This document shows, one piece after another, positions 26,659 to 37,824 of a DNA stretch of 64,000 bases (the stretch's first letter is position 1; every line of letters starts with the position of its first letter). Where the stretch lies: positions 1,142-65,141 of the forward strand of contig CASDRL010000011.1 of the NCBI GenBank assembly GCA_949283145.1. The letters are read 5' to 3'. The notes beneath the pieces are model-generated. The model was given only the letters and a program-made list of their open reading frames with translations, was not told the origin of the DNA and did no database searches. This DNA comes from an uncultured Clostridia bacterium (lineage in GTDB: Bacteria > Bacillota > Clostridia > Christensenellales > CAG-917). A program made the translations under genes and the position numbers.

Positions 26659-28632
26659 ATGGCGCAGGAACAGGCATACAAGGCTAGCGACATCCGCGTT
26701 CTCGAAGGGCTGGACGCGGTGAGGAAGCGTCCCGGTATGTACATCGGCACGACGGGGTCGAAGGGGATGCATCACATCTTGTGGGAGATCATCGACAACT
26801 GCGTGGACGAGGTCGCCAACGGTTTCGGCGATACGGTGACGATCGAACTTCTGGACGGCAACATCGCGCGCGTCAGTGACAACGGGCGCGGCATCCCCGT
26901 CGACAAACATCCCAAGCTCAAGATCAGCGGCGTTGAGGTGGTGTTCACCCAGCTCCATGCGGGCGCGAAGTTCGACAACGGGCAGTATGCCTATTCCGGC
27001 GGTCTGCACGGCGTGGGCGCGTCCGTCACCAACGCGCTTTCGGAGTGGCTCACCGTCGAAGTGAAGAGGGACGGGCATCTTTACCGCGCGGAGTTCCATT
27101 CTCCCCAGATCGGCGGCAAGATCAAGAGCGGCGTGGTCAAGACTCCGCTCACGCTTGTGGGCAAGACGAAGGACAAGGGCACCACGGTCACATTCAAGCC
27201 GGACGAACGGGTGTTCGGCAAAGAGGAGTTTGAGTACGACGAGGTGACGGAGCGCATGCGCGAGGTTGCTTATCTCAACCGCGGCGTCACCATCGTGGTG
27301 CAGGATAACCGCTTGCCTCTCGGAGGAGGGGATTTCCGCCGCGACGTCTTTTGCTATAAGGGCGGCATCGCGGACTATGTACAATATCTCAACGAGGGGC
27401 GCACCGTCCTTTACGACAAGCCCTTTTATGTCGAGGCGAAAGAGGACAAATTCGAGGTCGCCGTCGCGATACAGCACACGGACGGCTATTCCGAGAGCAT
27501 ACATTCCTATGTCAACAACATCCCCACCCCGGAGGGCGGCACTCACGAAGTGGGCTTCAAGTCCGCCGTCACCAAAGTCTTCAACGAGTTCGCGAGGAAG
27601 AACAACATCCTGAAGGAGAAGCAGGCAAATCTGCTCGGTGAGGATTTCAGAGAGGGTATGGTGGCGGTCATCACCGTCAAGATGCAGAACGTGCAGTTCG
27701 AAGGGCAGACCAAAGGCAAACTCGGCAACCCCGAAGTCAAGAGCAAGGTGGAGAATCTCGTCTCCGAAAAGCTGGAGGCGCTCATCGGGATGCGCGGCTT
27801 CAAGAGCGCGGCGGAAAAGGTCGTAGCGAAAGCGATGGGAGCGGCGAAGTCCAGAGAGGCGGCTAAGCGCGCCAAGGACATCGCGCGTCAGCAGAACAAA
27901 CTGAACGGCTCCAACCTCATCGGAAAGCTGAGCAGCTGCACGGGGAGGAACGCTTCCGTCAACGAGCTTTTCATCGTGGAGGGCGACTCGGCGGGCGGCA
28001 GCGCAAAACAGGCGCGCGACCGCAGTTTCCAGGCGATCCTGCCCCTCCGCGGCAAGCCGCTGAACGTTGAAAAGGCGCCGCTTGAAAAGATCCTCGCCAA
28101 TGAGGAGATCTCCACCATCATCAGCGCGCTCGGCACGGGCATCGAGCCTGCATTCGACATCGAGGACCTGAAATACGACAAAGTGATCATCCTCGCCGAC
28201 GCGGACCAGGACGGCGCGCACATCAGGGCGCTGTTGCTCACCTTCTTTTTCCGCTATATGCGCCCGCTCATCACCGAAGGGCACGTCTACATCGGGATGC
28301 CCCCGCTCTACAAGATGCAGAAGAAGGACGAGGTGCGCTATTTCTATGACGACGCAGCACTGGAAGCGGGCAGGAAAGAGATGGGCAAGACCGCGCTGCT
28401 GCAACGCTTCAAGGGTCTCGGCGAGATGAACCCGGAGCAGCTTTGGGACACGACGATGGACCCTGCGCACCGCGCGCTCACCCGCGTCACGATCGAAGAC
28501 GCCGCGGCGGCGGACAAACGCATCAGCATACTCATGGGCGATGACAGCGCCGTGAGGAAGGAATACATTTATAAATACGCCGACTTCAACCGCGTGGACG
28601 ACTTCGCGGTGAGTGAGGAGAACCGGGGATAA
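26659..28632 (+). CDS. parE: Type IIA topoisomerase ATPase subunit (ParE-like; GyrB not excluded)
   Basis: Trimmed to ATG 26659 (GGGAG upstream). GHKL ATPase motifs ([17 protein letters not shown]), Toprim EGDSAGG, PLRGK. Confidence 0.85.
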   Translation: MAQEQAYKASDIRVLEGLDAVRKRPGMYIGTTGSKGMHHILWEIIDNCVDEVANGFGDTVTIELLDGNIARVSDNGRGIPVDKHPKLKISGVEVVFTQLHAGAKFDNGQYAYSGGLHGVGASVTNALSEWLTVEVKRDGHLYRAEFHSPQIGGKIKSGVVKTPLTLVGKTKDKGTTVTFKPDERVFGKEEFEYDEVTERMREVAYLNRGVTIVVQDNRLPLGGGDFRRDVFCYKGGIADYVQYLNEGRTVLYDKPFYVEAKEDKFEVAVAIQHTDGYSESIHSYVNNIPTPEGGTHEVGFKSAVTKVFNEFARKNNILKEKQANLLGEDFREGMVAVITVKMQNVQFEGQTKGKLGNPEVKSKVENLVSEKLEALIGMRGFKSAAEKVVAKAMGAAKSREAAKRAKDIARQQNKLNGSNLIGKLSSCTGRNASVNELFIVEGDSAGGSAKQARDRSFQAILPLRGKPLNVEKAPLEKILANEEISTIISALGTGIEPAFDIEDLKYDKVIILADADQDGAHIRALLLTFFFRYMRPLITEGHVYIGMPPLYKMQKKDEVRYFYDDAALEAGRKEMGKTALLQRFKGLGEMNPEQLWDTTMDPAHRALTRVTIEDAAAADKRISILMGDDSAVRKEYIYKYADFNRVDDFAVSEENRG

Positions 28633-28640
28633 GGGCAGCA

Positions 28641-31058
28641 ATGGCAAAGAGCAAGAAGAACGAGCATCTGCAATATACGGCGGCGGTGTATGACGTGGTC
28701 TTTGAAGAGGTCATGCACAACAGCATGCTGCCGTACTCCGAAAACGTCATCCTCGACCGCGCTCTGCCGCGCGTTGAGGACGGTCTCAAACCCGTGCAGA
28801 GGCGCATCCTTTACGCCATGCACGAGATGGGGCTCACTCCCGACAAGCCGTACAAAAAATCGGCGAGGATCGTCGGAGACTGCCTGGGCAAATATCATCC
28901 CCACGGCGACAGTTCCGTCTACGGTGCGATGGTGAGGATGGCTCAGCCTTTCTCCATGCGTATGAAACTCATCGACGGGCACGGCAACTTCGGTTCCGCC
29001 GACGGCGACCCGCCCGCCGCGATGAGATATACCGAGGCGAGGATGAGCCCGCTCGCGCTGGAACTTCTCCGCGACCTGGACAAGGACACGGTCTCGTGGA
29101 GCCCCAACTTCGACGACAGCATGGAGGAGCCCAATATGCTCCCCGGCAGGTTCCCGAATCTGCTCGTCAACGGAGCGAGCGGCATCGCTGTCGGGCTTGC
29201 CACCAACATCCCGCCCCACAATATGGGAGAGGCGATAGACGCCGTGGTCGCGGTCATCGACAACCCGAAGATAACGACGGCGGAACTGCTCAAAGTCATC
29301 CACGGACCGGACTTCCCGACGGGCGGATTCATCATCCCCGTGGACAGCATGGAGAGCATCTACGAGACGGGCAAGGGCAGGCTCAAACTGCGCGCGCGTC
29401 TGCACATCGAGGATGAAGGCGGCAGGAAGAACATCGTCATCACGGAGATGCCTTATCAGGTCTCCAAAGCCGCCGTGCTCAAAGATATTGCGGATCTCAG
29501 AGAGAAAAACAAGGAACTTCTCGGCGGCATAAGCGAGATCCTGGACGAGTCCGACAAGACGGGCATGCGCGCCGTCATAAAGCTTAAACGCGAGGCGGAT
29601 GCGGGCAAGATCGTCTCCTTCCTCATGAAGAAGACCGGTCTCGAGATGGGCTACTCCGTCAATATGGTCGCCATCGCGGGCGGCAAGCCGGAGCAGATGG
29701 GGCTGAAAGACATCCTCACCTATTACGTTGCCTATCAGCGCGACGTCATCGTGCGCAGGACGACATTCGATCTCAAAGCCGCAAAACAGCGCGCGGAGAT
29801 CGTGAGAGGGCTGCTCATCGCCATCCGCAACATCGACGAAGTGATCAGGATCATCAAGTCCTCGGAGTCCACCCCCAAGGCGAAACTCGCGCTGCGTGAG
29901 CGCTTCGACCTCACGGACGATCAGGCTCAGGCGATCGTGGATATGCGCCTGAAAGCGCTCACTCACCTCGAAGTGGGCAGGCTTGAGGAGGAACTTGCCG
30001 AGCTCGAGAAGCGCATCGCTTATCTCAGCGCCGTCCTTGCCTCTCCGCGCAGGCAGTACAACGTCATAAAAGAGGAGATCCTCGCCATCAAGAAGGCGAT
30101 GAACTCCGCGCGCGTTTCCGTCATCCTGGACGGCGACAGCGACGAAGTTGAACTCCCCACCGCGGAAGAAGCTGTGAGCTATCGCGACGGCGTGTTGGTG
30201 CGCTCCTCCGAGGGCACCCTCCGCTTCATGTCTCAGAAGAACTGGTCCGCGCTGGTCAAGGATGCCTCTTCCGTCAAAGGCGAGCTCATCGCCGAGGCGG
30301 CGGCGGTCAACAATAAGGGGTGGATCTATGCCTTCACCGACCGCGGCAACATCGCGCGGCTGGACATCACCGACGTCACGGAGCGCAAGTGGAAGGAGAA
30401 GGGCATGAACCTCTCGCAGTTCAACCGCGAACTGCATCCCGACGAAAAGGCGGTGAAGATAATGTTCTTCCCGGGGACGCCCGTGGGCGAGCTGGTGTTC
30501 TTCACCCGCGGCGGCATGGTCAAGCGCAGCGATTGGAACGATTTCACTTCCATGCGCGCGCCCGGTCCCGCCATCATACTGCAGGAGGGCGACCGCCTCA
30601 TCAATGTCGAGAACGTGAACGACGATATGAACGTCCTGGAAGTGACGGACGGCGGTCTCTGCCTTGTCTACCGTGTGACGGAGATCCCGGTGCAGGGCAG
30701 AAAGGCTGCGGGAGTGCGCGGCGTCAAGCTCGGCGACGGCGACGCGGTGGCGTTCGGCGGGCAGATCGACGACGAGGGCGAGATCATCGTCATGACGGAC
30801 ACGGGCTATGTGAAGCGCGTCATCGCTTCCACCATAGACCCCGGTTCGCGCTATCTCAAAGGCGTCAAGATCGTGGAGCTCGACCGCAGCAAAGTGGTGC
30901 ACATCGATACGGTGAAAATGCCTTATGACATTGCGGTCAACTCCGGCGCGGAGACCTTCCGCATCAATACGGAAGACATCAGACTGGACACCCGCACCAC
31001 CAAAGGCAAACAAATGTTCAAGGCGGGGATAATCTCCGCATCCAAGCTGCCCGAATGA
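28641..31058 (+). CDS. parC: Type IIA topoisomerase DNA-cleavage subunit (ParC-like; GyrA not excluded)
   Basis: 805 aa; [14 protein letters not shown] (Q rather than the H usual in GyrA); active-site region AAMRYTE. I could not find a GyrA-box (QRRGGKG-like) in the C-terminal domain. Confidence 0.85.
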   Translation: MAKSKKNEHLQYTAAVYDVVFEEVMHNSMLPYSENVILDRALPRVEDGLKPVQRRILYAMHEMGLTPDKPYKKSARIVGDCLGKYHPHGDSSVYGAMVRMAQPFSMRMKLIDGHGNFGSADGDPPAAMRYTEARMSPLALELLRDLDKDTVSWSPNFDDSMEEPNMLPGRFPNLLVNGASGIAVGLATNIPPHNMGEAIDAVVAVIDNPKITTAELLKVIHGPDFPTGGFIIPVDSMESIYETGKGRLKLRARLHIEDEGGRKNIVITEMPYQVSKAAVLKDIADLREKNKELLGGISEILDESDKTGMRAVIKLKREADAGKIVSFLMKKTGLEMGYSVNMVAIAGGKPEQMGLKDILTYYVAYQRDVIVRRTTFDLKAAKQRAEIVRGLLIAIRNIDEVIRIIKSSESTPKAKLALRERFDLTDDQAQAIVDMRLKALTHLEVGRLEEELAELEKRIAYLSAVLASPRRQYNVIKEEILAIKKAMNSARVSVILDGDSDEVELPTAEEAVSYRDGVLVRSSEGTLRFMSQKNWSALVKDASSVKGELIAEAAAVNNKGWIYAFTDRGNIARLDITDVTERKWKEKGMNLSQFNRELHPDEKAVKIMFFPGTPVGELVFFTRGGMVKRSDWNDFTSMRAPGPAIILQEGDRLINVENVNDDMNVLEVTDGGLCLVYRVTEIPVQGRKAAGVRGVKLGDGDAVAFGGQIDDEGEIIVMTDTGYVKRVIASTIDPGSRYLKGVKIVELDRSKVVHIDTVKMPYDIAVNSGAETFRINTEDIRLDTRTTKGKQMFKAGIISASKLPE

Positions 31059-31115
31059 TGATGCGGGACAGCGGTATCAGGAAGGAAAAAGGCAGGAAGA
31101 CACAGGAAGGAAGAT

Positions 31116-32603
31116 ATGAAAAAGATCGGTTTTGACAGCGAACTGTATATGCAAAAGCAGTCGGAGAAGATTTTGGAGCGGATCTCCAAGTTCGGCAAAC
31201 TTTATCTGGAGTTCGGCGGCAAACTTTTCGACGATCTGCACGCGGCGAGAGTGCTGCCCGGCTTCGACAAAGCCGCCAAGATCAAGCTCCTGCAAAAGCT
31301 CAAGGATAAGGCGGAGCTCATCATCTGCATCAACGCGGGCGACATCGAGAAGAACAAGGTGCGCGCCGACTACGGCATCACCTACGGCAGCGAAGTGGAG
31401 CGCATGATCGACAACATCTCCGGGATGGGCATCTACATCAACTGCGTGGTCATCACGATGTTCTGCGATCAGCAGGCGGCGCTCGCCTACAAATACAAGC
31501 TGGAAAACCGCGGCATCAAGGTCTATCTGCACCGTCCCACCAAGGGCTATCCCCACGAGATCGACACCATCGTCTCGGATGAAGGTTACGGCGCGAATCC
31601 GTACATAGAGACCTCACGTCCCCTTGTTGTGGCGACAGCTCCCGGGCCCGGCAGCGGCAAGCTCGCCACCTGCCTCAGCCAGCTCTATCACGAGTTCAAG
31701 AGGGGAGTGAAGGCGGGATACGCCAAGTTCGAGACCTTCCCCATCTGGAATCTTCCCCTCGGACACCCCGTCAACGTCGCCTACGAGGCGGCGACGGCGG
31801 ATCTCAAAGACGTCAACAAGGTGGACAATTTCCACCTGGAAGCATACGGCAAGATGGCGGTCAACTACAACCGCGACATCGAGGTCTTCCCCGTGGTGAG
31901 AAGCATCCTCACCAAGATCTCCGGCACGGAATTCGTCTATCATTCTCCCACGGATATGGGAGTGAACATGGCGGGCTACTGCATCGTGGATGACGAGGCG
32001 TGCAGGGAAGCGAGCAAACAGGAGGTCATCCGCAGATATTTCAAGGCGCTCGTGGACTACAAGAACGGCACGGCGAAGCCTTCCACCGTGCACAGGCTGG
32101 AGTTTCTGATGTCCGGGCTCGGCATCTCTCCCGCGGACAGGAAGGTCGCGGCGGCGGCACGGGCGAAGAGCGAACAAAACGACGGCTGCGGCGCGGTCGC
32201 GATCGAGCTCGACGACGGCAGGACGGTGACCGGCAAGAACACGGAGATGATGTCCGCATCCGCGGCGTGCGTCTTCAACGCCGTCAAAGTGCTCGCGGGC
32301 ATAGACGACTCCGTCAAACTCATCTCGCCCTATGTCATAGGGCCCATTCTCGACCTCAAGACCAAGATACTCAACGAGCGCGAAAATCCGCTCACTCTCG
32401 AGGAAGCGCTGCTCGCTCTCTCCATCTGCGCCGCCACCGAACCGAACGCGGCAAAGGCGGTGGAGCAGCTCCCGAAACTCAGAGAGACGGAGGCGCACTC
32501 CACTCATATGCTCATCAAAGCGGATGAGAATCCGTTCAGAAAACTCGGGGTCAATCTCACTTGCGATCCCGAATTTTTGGACAATCATCTTTACAGCAAC
32601 TGA
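31116..32603 (+). CDS. DUF1846 (UPF0371) family protein
   Basis: 495 aa; MKKIGFDSELYMQKQSEKILERI...LEFGGKLFDD opening characteristic of this family. Confidence 0.85.
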   Translation: MKKIGFDSELYMQKQSEKILERISKFGKLYLEFGGKLFDDLHAARVLPGFDKAAKIKLLQKLKDKAELIICINAGDIEKNKVRADYGITYGSEVERMIDNISGMGIYINCVVITMFCDQQAALAYKYKLENRGIKVYLHRPTKGYPHEIDTIVSDEGYGANPYIETSRPLVVATAPGPGSGKLATCLSQLYHEFKRGVKAGYAKFETFPIWNLPLGHPVNVAYEAATADLKDVNKVDNFHLEAYGKMAVNYNRDIEVFPVVRSILTKISGTEFVYHSPTDMGVNMAGYCIVDDEACREASKQEVIRRYFKALVDYKNGTAKPSTVHRLEFLMSGLGISPADRKVAAAARAKSEQNDGCGAVAIELDDGRTVTGKNTEMMSASAACVFNAVKVLAGIDDSVKLISPYVIGPILDLKTKILNERENPLTLEEALLALSICAATEPNAAKAVEQLPKLRETEAHSTHMLIKADENPFRKLGVNLTCDPEFLDNHLYSN

Positions 32604-32632
32604 CGTTTACCGTGTCGAAACGGGAGGATGAA

Positions 32633-33586
32633 ATGCCTTTTCGTATGAAAACGAAGGACAGCACAGGTGACGCTCCGAAGAGGGCGCGCAGCGCGGACGA
32701 ACGACGGATGAAACTTGCCGTCGCCTGTTCCGCAAGCGGCGTGAACCTGGTGCTGGGCATCGTGAAAGTGCTCGCGGGCGTCTACACCAACAGCCTCAGC
32801 ATAGTGACGGACGGGGTGAACAATTTCGGCGACGTGCTGTCCAACGCGGGCGCCGCCGCAGGTTTCGCGGTGGAAAACAAGGCGCCCACCCGACGTTTCC
32901 CGGGCGGGTTCGGAAGAGTGGAATATATCGTCTCTTTCGTGATGGCGATCATCATCATGGCGGTGGGCGGCGGCTTCATGTATTCCGCGCTGGACAGAGT
33001 GTTCTATCATCCCGTCGTCACTTTCGCGTGGGCGCAGTTCGGCATTGTCGCGGCGACCATAGCCGTCAAGATCGGGCTCGCGGTGATGTTCCGCCTCTCG
33101 TGGAAGAAGTTCCCCTCCGATGTGCTGAAAGCGCAGACTGCGGACAGCATCCTGGACGCCTGCATCACGACGTTTGCGCTTCTGGGGCTCTTCCTTTCGC
33201 GGTATATCCAATTCCCCGTGGACGCGTTGATCGGCATCGCCATCAGCGTCGTCATGATCGTCTCGGGGCTGAAGATCGCCGTCTCGGCATTTATGAAACT
33301 TGCGGGCGCGGCGGATCTCGCGCGTGTGGGCGGGATTAAAAACCTGTGTATTTCGCAGAAAGGCGTGACGGATGCGCGCGTGAGAGTGTATGATTTCGGC
33401 ACAAAGTATGCCGAAGCGACGGTGGAGATCGTGTGGGAAGACGGTTCGCGGCGGGAGGAAAGGGCTGCCGCCGAACGCAGGATCGCGGACGCGGCGCGGA
33501 GAAAGGGTATCTCCGTGACGTTTGTGCGCTCCGATGAATACGAAACAACGATCGCCGCGGAAGAGCGGCATAAGGAGGGACAATGA
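32633..33586 (+). CDS. Cation diffusion facilitator family transporter
   Basis: Trimmed to ATG 32633 (GGAGG 5 nt upstream). TM1-2 motif SLSIVTDGVNNFGD, six TMs and a cytoplasmic C-terminal domain. Confidence 0.8.
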   Translation: MPFRMKTKDSTGDAPKRARSADERRMKLAVACSASGVNLVLGIVKVLAGVYTNSLSIVTDGVNNFGDVLSNAGAAAGFAVENKAPTRRFPGGFGRVEYIVSFVMAIIIMAVGGGFMYSALDRVFYHPVVTFAWAQFGIVAATIAVKIGLAVMFRLSWKKFPSDVLKAQTADSILDACITTFALLGLFLSRYIQFPVDALIGIAISVVMIVSGLKIAVSAFMKLAGAADLARVGGIKNLCISQKGVTDARVRVYDFGTKYAEATVEIVWEDGSRREERAAAERRIADAARRKGISVTFVRSDEYETTIAAEERHKEGQ

Positions 33587-35151
33587 GACCGGAAGACGAA
33601 AAGAACAAACTTACCGGACAGGAGACGCCCGTTCCCGAAGAAGGGAAGACGTCGGCAGAGGAGAGTGCGGCGGACGACAAAGCGTTCGAGGATGGTGCGG
33701 CAGGCGCCGACGAAACGACATCCGCGGACACCGTCGAGAGCGAAGAGGAATATTTCTCCGAGAAAAAGCCGTCCAAGCGCAAAAAGAGGATACGCCGCAA
33801 GGACATGACTCCCGAGCAGAAGCGCCGCTACAACATCCGTGCGCTCATCATCACGGGCACCGTCTGCGGGCTGGTGCTGGTGTTCTTCGCCATCTGCGCG
33901 CTGTGCAGCTGGGTGGGTTACACCGGCAACTTCGATTATATCGCCACCATAGAGAAGGTGGACTACGACAGCCCCTTCACCCTCATCAGCTATGAGGACA
34001 GCGACACGGGATACTACGAGTTTGTGGCGGAAAGCGAGGAGGACTCCTTCCGCGTGCTGCATCTCACGGACATCCACATCGGCGCGGGCGCCTTCTCCGC
34101 ATCCAAGGACAGGTGGGCGATCGAGGCGGTGGTCAAGACCGTCAACCGCGTCAAGCCCGACCTCGTCATCGTGACGGGCGACATGGCTTATCCCGTGCCC
34201 TTCCAGGCGGGCACCTTCAACAACAAGCGCGAGGCGGAGATGTTCGCGAGCATGATGGAGCAGCTCGGGGTCTATTGGACCATCGGCTTCGGCAATCACG
34301 ACACCGAGATCTACAGCCTTTACGACCGTGACGAGATCGCGGCGCAGGTCTATATGGACAAGGAGAGCTATCCGCACTGCCTCTTCCGTGAGGGCCCGAC
34401 GGACATCGCGGGCAAGGGCAACGACGTCATCGTCGTGAGACATCCCACCACGGACGGAGTGGAGATCGTGGACGCGGACAGCTACGACGCGAACGTCGGG
34501 TCCACCAAGATCAGCCAGGCACTCGTCACCATCGACTCTCATTCCTACACGGACGGCGACTACTTCGGCATTGCGTGGAAGTACGACAACATCCACCAGG
34601 ATCAGATCGATTGGTACGCGCGTGAGATGGACAAGCTCACCGAAATGAACGGCGGAGAGCAGGTCAAGAACCTCGTCTTCTTCCACATCCCGCTCACCGA
34701 GTACGGCGCCTATTGGAACGAGTATAAGGACAACGGACACAATGACACCGCCAACGTCCATTACGTCCACGGTTGGGCGGGCGAGAGCGGAGAGAAATCC
34801 TTCCCCGGTGTCGACGACTGCCAGATGTTCGAGACCATGCTCAAGCACGGCGGGCAGGGCACCTTCTGCGGACACGACCACTACAACACTTTCGCGCTCG
34901 ACGTCAAGGCGACGACGAAGGATGCGGACGGCAACGACGTCACGGGCGTCATCAGGCTGAGCTACGGCATGAGCATAGACTATCTCGCCTACGTCGGCAT
35001 CGCGAGCGACATCGAGCAGCGCGGCGGGCAGGAGATCAGGATAGACGCGGACGGCGGCTTCGCCACCCGTCATTGGGTGTATCAAGGCAAGAACGCCGGT
35101 GTCGCGCTCGATTGGCAGGAGTTCGAAGGGCTCGGGACAGAGTTCGCATGA
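33583..35151 (+). CDS. Membrane-anchored metallophosphoesterase
   Basis: 522 aa with an acidic/basic N-terminal tail and one TM. Metallophosphoesterase motifs LHLTDIHIG, VTGDMAYP, GNHD, CGHDH. Confidence 0.75.
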   Translation: MRPEDEKNKLTGQETPVPEEGKTSAEESAADDKAFEDGAAGADETTSADTVESEEEYFSEKKPSKRKKRIRRKDMTPEQKRRYNIRALIITGTVCGLVLVFFAICALCSWVGYTGNFDYIATIEKVDYDSPFTLISYEDSDTGYYEFVAESEEDSFRVLHLTDIHIGAGAFSASKDRWAIEAVVKTVNRVKPDLVIVTGDMAYPVPFQAGTFNNKREAEMFASMMEQLGVYWTIGFGNHDTEIYSLYDRDEIAAQVYMDKESYPHCLFREGPTDIAGKGNDVIVVRHPTTDGVEIVDADSYDANVGSTKISQALVTIDSHSYTDGDYFGIAWKYDNIHQDQIDWYAREMDKLTEMNGGEQVKNLVFFHIPLTEYGAYWNEYKDNGHNDTANVHYVHGWAGESGEKSFPGVDDCQMFETMLKHGGQGTFCGHDHYNTFALDVKATTKDADGNDVTGVIRLSYGMSIDYLAYVGIASDIEQRGGQEIRIDADGGFATRHWVYQGKNAGVALDWQEFEGLGTEFA

Positions 35152-35170
35152 GCAAAGTTGAACGGACTGA

Positions 35171-35202
35171 AAAGCATCTCCGCATACGTGCGGAGATGCT
35201 TT
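35171..35202 (+). terminator. Intrinsic terminator
   Basis: aaagcatctccgca/tgcggagatgcttt stem followed by gacttttg. Confidence 0.6.
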
Positions 35203-35401
35203 GACTTTTGCGGAGCGTCTTAAAAAGGGCGCGCGCAGGGCATAATATCGTCAAGTTTCGGCTGTGCAAAAGCCCGAAAATAACTGCGCCGATGCCGGTC
35301 GGCATCATTCCGTTCCGGCATCCCGCGGCGGACGGTCACGGATACGCCGTAAAACGACAGACGAAGTAAGAATGCCATTTCAAAAGGGCAGGAGAGCAGA
35401 T

Positions 35402-37207
35402 ATGAAACTCAAAGACAGAAAGAACATCCCGCAGGAGTACAAGTGGAGGCTTGAAGACATCTTCCCCGACAACGAGGCGTGGGAGGAGTGCTTTTTCGCG
35501 CTCTCGGAGCGCATGGGGAGGATCGCGTCCTACAAGGGGAAACTCGCGGACGAGGACGCGCTCTTCGAGTGTCTCACCCTCTCCACCTCTCTTTCTCACG
35601 ACCTTGGCAAACTCTATCAGTACGCGCGCATGCGCCGCGACGAAGACTCCCGTGTCTCCCTCTATCAGGGCATGACGGACAGGGCGGACAACGTCGCCGT
35701 CAAACTCTCATCGCTTTCCGCGTTCATCATGCCGGAACTTGCGGCGATGAGCACGGAAAAGCTCCGCGAGCTCGCGGGAAAGAAGAGATTTTCGGACTAT
35801 TCCGTCACGCTTTCGGAGATCGTCCGCAACAAGGCGATCATCCTCTCGGACAAAGAGGAGACGCTGCTCCGTGAGGCGGGCATCTTTGCGGACAACGCGG
35901 ACGAGGTCTTCACCATGTTCGACAACGCGGACGTGAAGTTCGCGCCCGTCACGGACGACAAGGGCAGAGAAGTGGAGATGAGCCACGGCAACTACGCGCT
36001 TCTGTTGCAGAACCCCTCGCAGGAAGTGAGGCGGGCGGCGTTCGAGAGTATGTTCGAGGCGTATCGCGACCACATCAACACACTTGCCGCCAACTACGCC
36101 GGTAACGTGAAAAAGGATTGGTTCTTCGCCAAGATCCGCGGTTTCAGATCCTCTATGGAGCGCAGCATGTTTGCGGAGAACGTGCCGCCGACCTGTTACG
36201 GCAAGCTGCTCGAAGCGGTGGGCAAGGGCACCAAAGCCATGCACCGCTACATCGCTCTCAGGCGCAGGATGCTGGGCGTGAAGGAGCTGAATATGTACGA
36301 TCTCCACGTTCCTCTCGTCGACGAGGCGAAACTCGCAATGCCGTACGAAAAGGCGGTTGAAACGGTCAAATCGGCACTTGAAGTGATGGGTAAGGAATAT
36401 TCCGACATCCTCGCCTCCGCTTTCACGGACGGGTGGATCGATGTGTTCGAGAACCGCGGCAAGAAGTCCGGAGCGTATAGCTGGGGGTGCTACGGAGTGC
36501 ATCCTTTCGTGCTCCTGAACTACACCGGGACTTCCCACGATGTCTTCACCATCGCGCACGAGCTCGGGCACGCCATGCACTCCTATTTCTCCAATGCATC
36601 GCAGCCCGAGGAGAAGGCGGGCTATGAGATCTTCGTCGCGGAGATCGCCTCCACCGTCAACGAGGTGCTTTTGCTCAAACATCTTTTGAAGACCGCGACG
36701 GGCAAGACCCGCACCTATCTTCTCAGCTATTATCTGGACATGTTCCGCACCACGCTCTTCCGTCAGACGATGTTTGCGGAGTTCGAGGCGGAAGCGCACG
36801 CAATGGCGGAAAAGGGCGAGCCTTTGACCGCAGACGCCCTCTCCTCGGCGTATTACGCGCTCAACAAAAAGTATTACGGCAGAGCGGTGAAGCACAACGA
36901 CCTCATCCGCTACGAGTGGGCGCGCATCCCGCACTTTTACAGCTCCTTCTATGTCTACAAGTACGCGACGGGGCTCACCGCAGCCGTCACCATCGCGGAC
37001 AACATTCTGGAGCGCGGGGCGGAGTATTTCGAAAAATACAGACAGTTCCTGTCCGCGGGCGGGAGCCTGCCCCCTCTCGACATCCTGAGGCTTGCCGAAG
37101 TCGACCTCGAGACGGACGCGCCTTACGAGCGCGCGATGAAGGAGTTTGCCGCGACGCTCGACGCCCTCGAAAGCGATTTTAATAAGAGCGGGGGAGAGAA
37201 AGCGTGA
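35402..37207 (+). CDS. pepF: Oligoendopeptidase F (M3B family)
   Basis: Trimmed to ATG 35402; HELGH zinc motif (AHELGHAMH); 601 aa. Confidence 0.9.
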   Translation: MKLKDRKNIPQEYKWRLEDIFPDNEAWEECFFALSERMGRIASYKGKLADEDALFECLTLSTSLSHDLGKLYQYARMRRDEDSRVSLYQGMTDRADNVAVKLSSLSAFIMPELAAMSTEKLRELAGKKRFSDYSVTLSEIVRNKAIILSDKEETLLREAGIFADNADEVFTMFDNADVKFAPVTDDKGREVEMSHGNYALLLQNPSQEVRRAAFESMFEAYRDHINTLAANYAGNVKKDWFFAKIRGFRSSMERSMFAENVPPTCYGKLLEAVGKGTKAMHRYIALRRRMLGVKELNMYDLHVPLVDEAKLAMPYEKAVETVKSALEVMGKEYSDILASAFTDGWIDVFENRGKKSGAYSWGCYGVHPFVLLNYTGTSHDVFTIAHELGHAMHSYFSNASQPEEKAGYEIFVAEIASTVNEVLLLKHLLKTATGKTRTYLLSYYLDMFRTTLFRQTMFAEFEAEAHAMAEKGEPLTADALSSAYYALNKKYYGRAVKHNDLIRYEWARIPHFYSSFYVYKYATGLTAAVTIADNILERGAEYFEKYRQFLSAGGSLPPLDILRLAEVDLETDAPYERAMKEFAATLDALESDFNKSGGEKA

Positions 37208-37824
37208 CCTGCCGCATGCGGAAACAGACTGTATTTTGGGCGGCGGCGCTTGCTGCCGTGATTGTTTTCTGCATGCTGTTTTTCGTGCCAGCAGGCGTTG
37301 CGCAGGCATCCGAAGGGACTCTGACCCTCTATGCGTGGGGGAAGGACGACGAGGGCAACGTCTATGCCTTTTTCACCGCGGGCGGGAGCGAAAACGCGTT
37401 GGCTTCCGTCCCTTGCACGACGGCGTCCTACATCGCGGACGAAGGGGAATTTTTCTATGCTTCGCACTATGACGTGACCTTTGACGCCCGCGCCGCCGCG
37501 GACGCCGCCGCAGCCGCGGCTCCGGAAGGAGTGACGGTCACGGAAGATAACTTGAAAATCATTTTCGTATATGCTACAATGTACGAAAGCATAGTTTCCA
37601 ATGCCGAGAAGTCGGAGCAGGACGGAGTGTGGATGCACACTCTTGCGGTCTCTCCCGATGACGGAACGGTGACTTTCGCCGCGTCGTCGAGAGGCGCGAA
37701 GAGCGAAAATTGGTACGCTTTGCTCATCGGTGCCGCCGTGCTCTGCATCGTGGCTGCCGCAGCGGGGATCGCGGCGGCGAGGAGTTTGAAATGCCGGAAA
37801 AACAGAAACAGACCTACAGAGTGA
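37204..37824 (+). CDS. Hypothetical protein with signal peptide and C-terminal TM anchor
   Basis: 206 aa; GTG start overlapping the pepF stop (ATG 37216 is an alternative). The C-terminal TM overlaps the dnaB start by 34 nt. Confidence 0.5.
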   Translation: MTCRMRKQTVFWAAALAAVIVFCMLFFVPAGVAQASEGTLTLYAWGKDDEGNVYAFFTAGGSENALASVPCTTASYIADEGEFFYASHYDVTFDARAAADAAAAAAPEGVTVTEDNLKIIFVYATMYESIVSNAEKSEQDGVWMHTLAVSPDDGTVTFAASSRGAKSENWYALLIGAAVLCIVAAAAGIAAARSLKCRKNRNRPTE

